DNA of 35,868 nucleotides from Perkinsus olseni (Eukaryota): NCBI GenBank assembly GCA_013115125.1, contig JABANN010000355.1, positions 1 to 35,868 of the forward strand, read 5' to 3'. Shown piece by piece: positions 34,001 to 35,868 of this stretch (position 1 is its first letter; each line of letters starts with the position of its first letter). The notes under the pieces were generated by a model. It saw only the letters and a program-made list of their open reading frames with translations, ran no database searches and was not told where the DNA came from. The position numbers and the translations under genes were made by a program.

Positions 34001-35238
34001 GCCTTCGGCATCATCGGAGATCCGGCCAAGCGCAACCCCACCACGCGACAGAGCGCCGACCATAGTATGGTGTTCATCATCAGCAGACTGCTCGCCAATG
34101 CTGTTAATCGTGGGGTGGTAGGCAGAGGGCGTCGTCTCTCCCGGAGGGTGCGTTGTTTATCCACAAATCACCAATATGCCATGGAACTCGCATGCGCTTT
34201 ACCGGGGTCATTCTGGGGTTCCCTCTGTCGTGGGAGATTCCATGATATCTTGTAGCAGATTCCGAGTACTAATGAGGAGGCCTGGACCACCTGGATGCTG
34301 TCCCCGCGCGACTACGGCTACGATGCACTCAACGACAGGCAGACCAGGGGTCTCATGGAGAAGGTGGCGTCACTAGGAAGGGAGGTAGTGCGGGATGACT
34401 CTTGCCTCAGATCAGCTTCGCCCATGGTGGTCCGGAATATGATGCGAGGTATCCCGATGGTATTCCGACGACTGTGGAGATCACCGCTGATGATGGTAAT
34501 TTTCGGGTAGTAGTGGTTTCGGCTCGAAAATTTCGGAGGGGCGGAGCCTCAACTAGCCGTACTGAACTCTAGGAAAGAACGGTACGCAGTACGCCTAGAA
34601 CTGTTGGCCGAATGCTGGTACGTGGGCGAACACGGAAAGCAATAGAAATGGTGAGTATCGTTCCCCAGACTGTAGCCGCGTCGCAGGGTATGCCATAGCA
34701 AGATACGAATGTCAATGATACGAAGGTCAAGCTGTAACGGATGGGATTTCGATAGTGTTCCGATTTCGGCGAGTTTAGTTGACGATTTTGCCTGCTGCTA
34801 TCAGGGAAGAAGTATTCGAGTGGTTTGGTGATGTATCCCTCCGGCCATGCTCGGAACACCACGGCTGACCTCAATGCCATCCTCCAGTTCAAGCACAAGA
34901 TGCTAGGTACGTGCCGCCTCAATCCTCAGCATTTCTCTGACACTCATTCTAGTATTGCCCTCGATAAAGCCTAGTGTAGACATTTGTAGCTCCACCACCA
35001 CATACGCGATGGTGATGCTGTCCGTGTAAGCTTGGCGCTGTGTGGTAGGATCGATCGCTCTCGAGGATGACGACTGCGAGAAGCTCATCAGAAAGCTGGT
35101 TCATATGGACAAGTTGTCGGCGGAGGAGGTGAGCGTTCTCGATGGCAGATGATTTCACGTAGTGAGTTGCATCAGATGCAAGATGTGTACGACTTCGACT
35201 ACAGCAAGCTGCAGAGGGATGACCCGATTGACGGGTAA
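31030..35238 (+). CDS. prpD: 2-methylcitrate dehydratase (MmgE/PrpD family) with a putative mitochondrial targeting peptide, about 18 exons
   Basis: ANSSAAREWDSNGT, GEFGHNDFYP, KIDHVVHGA, IRAGKQLSDSKG, EHQSAGA, PTTRQSADHSM and YPSGHARN. The N-terminus is rich in Ser/Arg/Ala and free of acidic residues (MLSKIAYPTVRPAFSFVTATSSRVRAFSA). Confidence 0.92.
32151..32198 (+). repeat. 48-nt intron made largely of a tRNA 3'-half-like element (prpD)
   Basis: GTAA TCAGA AGGTC CTGGG TTCGATC CTCGG TAGTGC, colinear with the 3' half of the tRNA-Thr at 33269. Confidence 0.75.
33269..33340 (-). tRNA. tRNA-Thr(CGT), antisense within prpD intron 33246-33378
   Basis: The reverse complement reads GCCACTT TA GCTT AGTGGTA GAGC G TCTGC TTCGTAA GCAGA AGGTC GTCAG TTCAATC CTGGC AAGTGGC T. 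It forms a full cloverleaf with A and B boxes and is followed by a T run (Pol III terminator). Confidence 0.95.
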
Positions 35239-35868
35239 AGTGTTTGGTCTTGATTTTTTATGAGAGGTGACGGTTTTCATGTGGTTGATGGAAGTTTGTT
35301 TCAATCTGCAGAAGTTGTGTTACTGGTAGTGGCCGTCGGGAGAGTACATCGCCGGACGTTATGAACTTTGCGCGGATTCGAGAGCGCTGAAGAAATAAGT
35401 CGTAGGCCACAAGGATAGATGTTTACCATTTGTGTGCTTTATAATGATAACTTCCCATTGTCTGTGAGCGCTTTGCAGGAGCACTATAACACCACTCTGT
35501 TTTGTGCTTATAGTGACGAGTGCTTGCCGGTTGAGGACATCTCTCCTCACCTGACAAGCACTGCGATGTAGCCCAAACCCCTTCACTCGTCGTTATCTGC
35601 ACTCAATCAATCGGCCTATAAAAACTTCCCGACTAGCTGTCCCAGTTTCGATAGTATTTATCAGCTAGAAGTCGGGTTTTTCTCTCCTGGAAAACAGCGT
35701 AGTTCGCGTGGCATAGAGATAGAACACATGATAAGGTGGTCAGCATCATCATCATGATTGTGCCCAGTCGGCATTGCCCACTTCGTGGTGGTGGGTTAAA
35801 GCATCGTTGCACACGATCGCACATTCACCCGCCGTCGATGTCCCTGAAGCTGCTGTCCCATGCACAGC

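Noticed and set aside
3124-35158. Most short ORFs in the supplied six-frame track
   Set aside because: They are exon fragments running into introns, or shadow frames of the spliced genes, not independent genes.
35359-35868. Possible 3' exons of a minus-strand gene at the window edge
   Set aside because: Splice-like signals are present, but there is no coherent frame or homology.
1-35868. Spliced-leader relics (CCGTAGCCATYTTGGCTCAAG), CRISPR arrays, rRNA
   Set aside because: None seen by eye. The recurrent words are dispersed, not regularly spaced.

Overview
Eukaryotic, intron-rich genomic DNA with short GT-AG introns. A polypyrimidine-AG acceptor lies just upstream of several start codons, and most genes run in one long same-strand block. 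This architecture suggests an alveolate such as Perkinsus, but the taxon is an inference. Spliced by eye, the window holds a mitochondrial carrier (- strand). After a divergent gap, the + strand carries a six-finger C2H2 protein, a class II DnaJ, a hypothetical gene, a RagC/D GTPase, an RFC3/Rfc5-type clamp-loader subunit followed by a pseudogenic partial duplicate, a PCIF1/CAPAM-like methyltransferase, dCMP deaminase and 2-methylcitrate dehydratase (PrpD). An intact tRNA-Thr(CGT) lies antisense in a prpD intron, and a Tc1/mariner-type MITE lies in the first intron of the PCIF1-like gene. The most unusual signal is in the introns. About ten introns in five unrelated genes carry tRNA 3'-half-like sequence (variable loop plus T-arm/B-box) in both orientations, and in several the 5' splice site GT falls exactly on the tRNA anticodon-loop GT(AA). 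Other introns share recurrent 13-17 bp words (AATTTCGTGGCGCGCG, TGCGCACAGCGAAGATT, GCGGAGCGAAGCG). Exon boundaries were read manually and may be off by a few bases.
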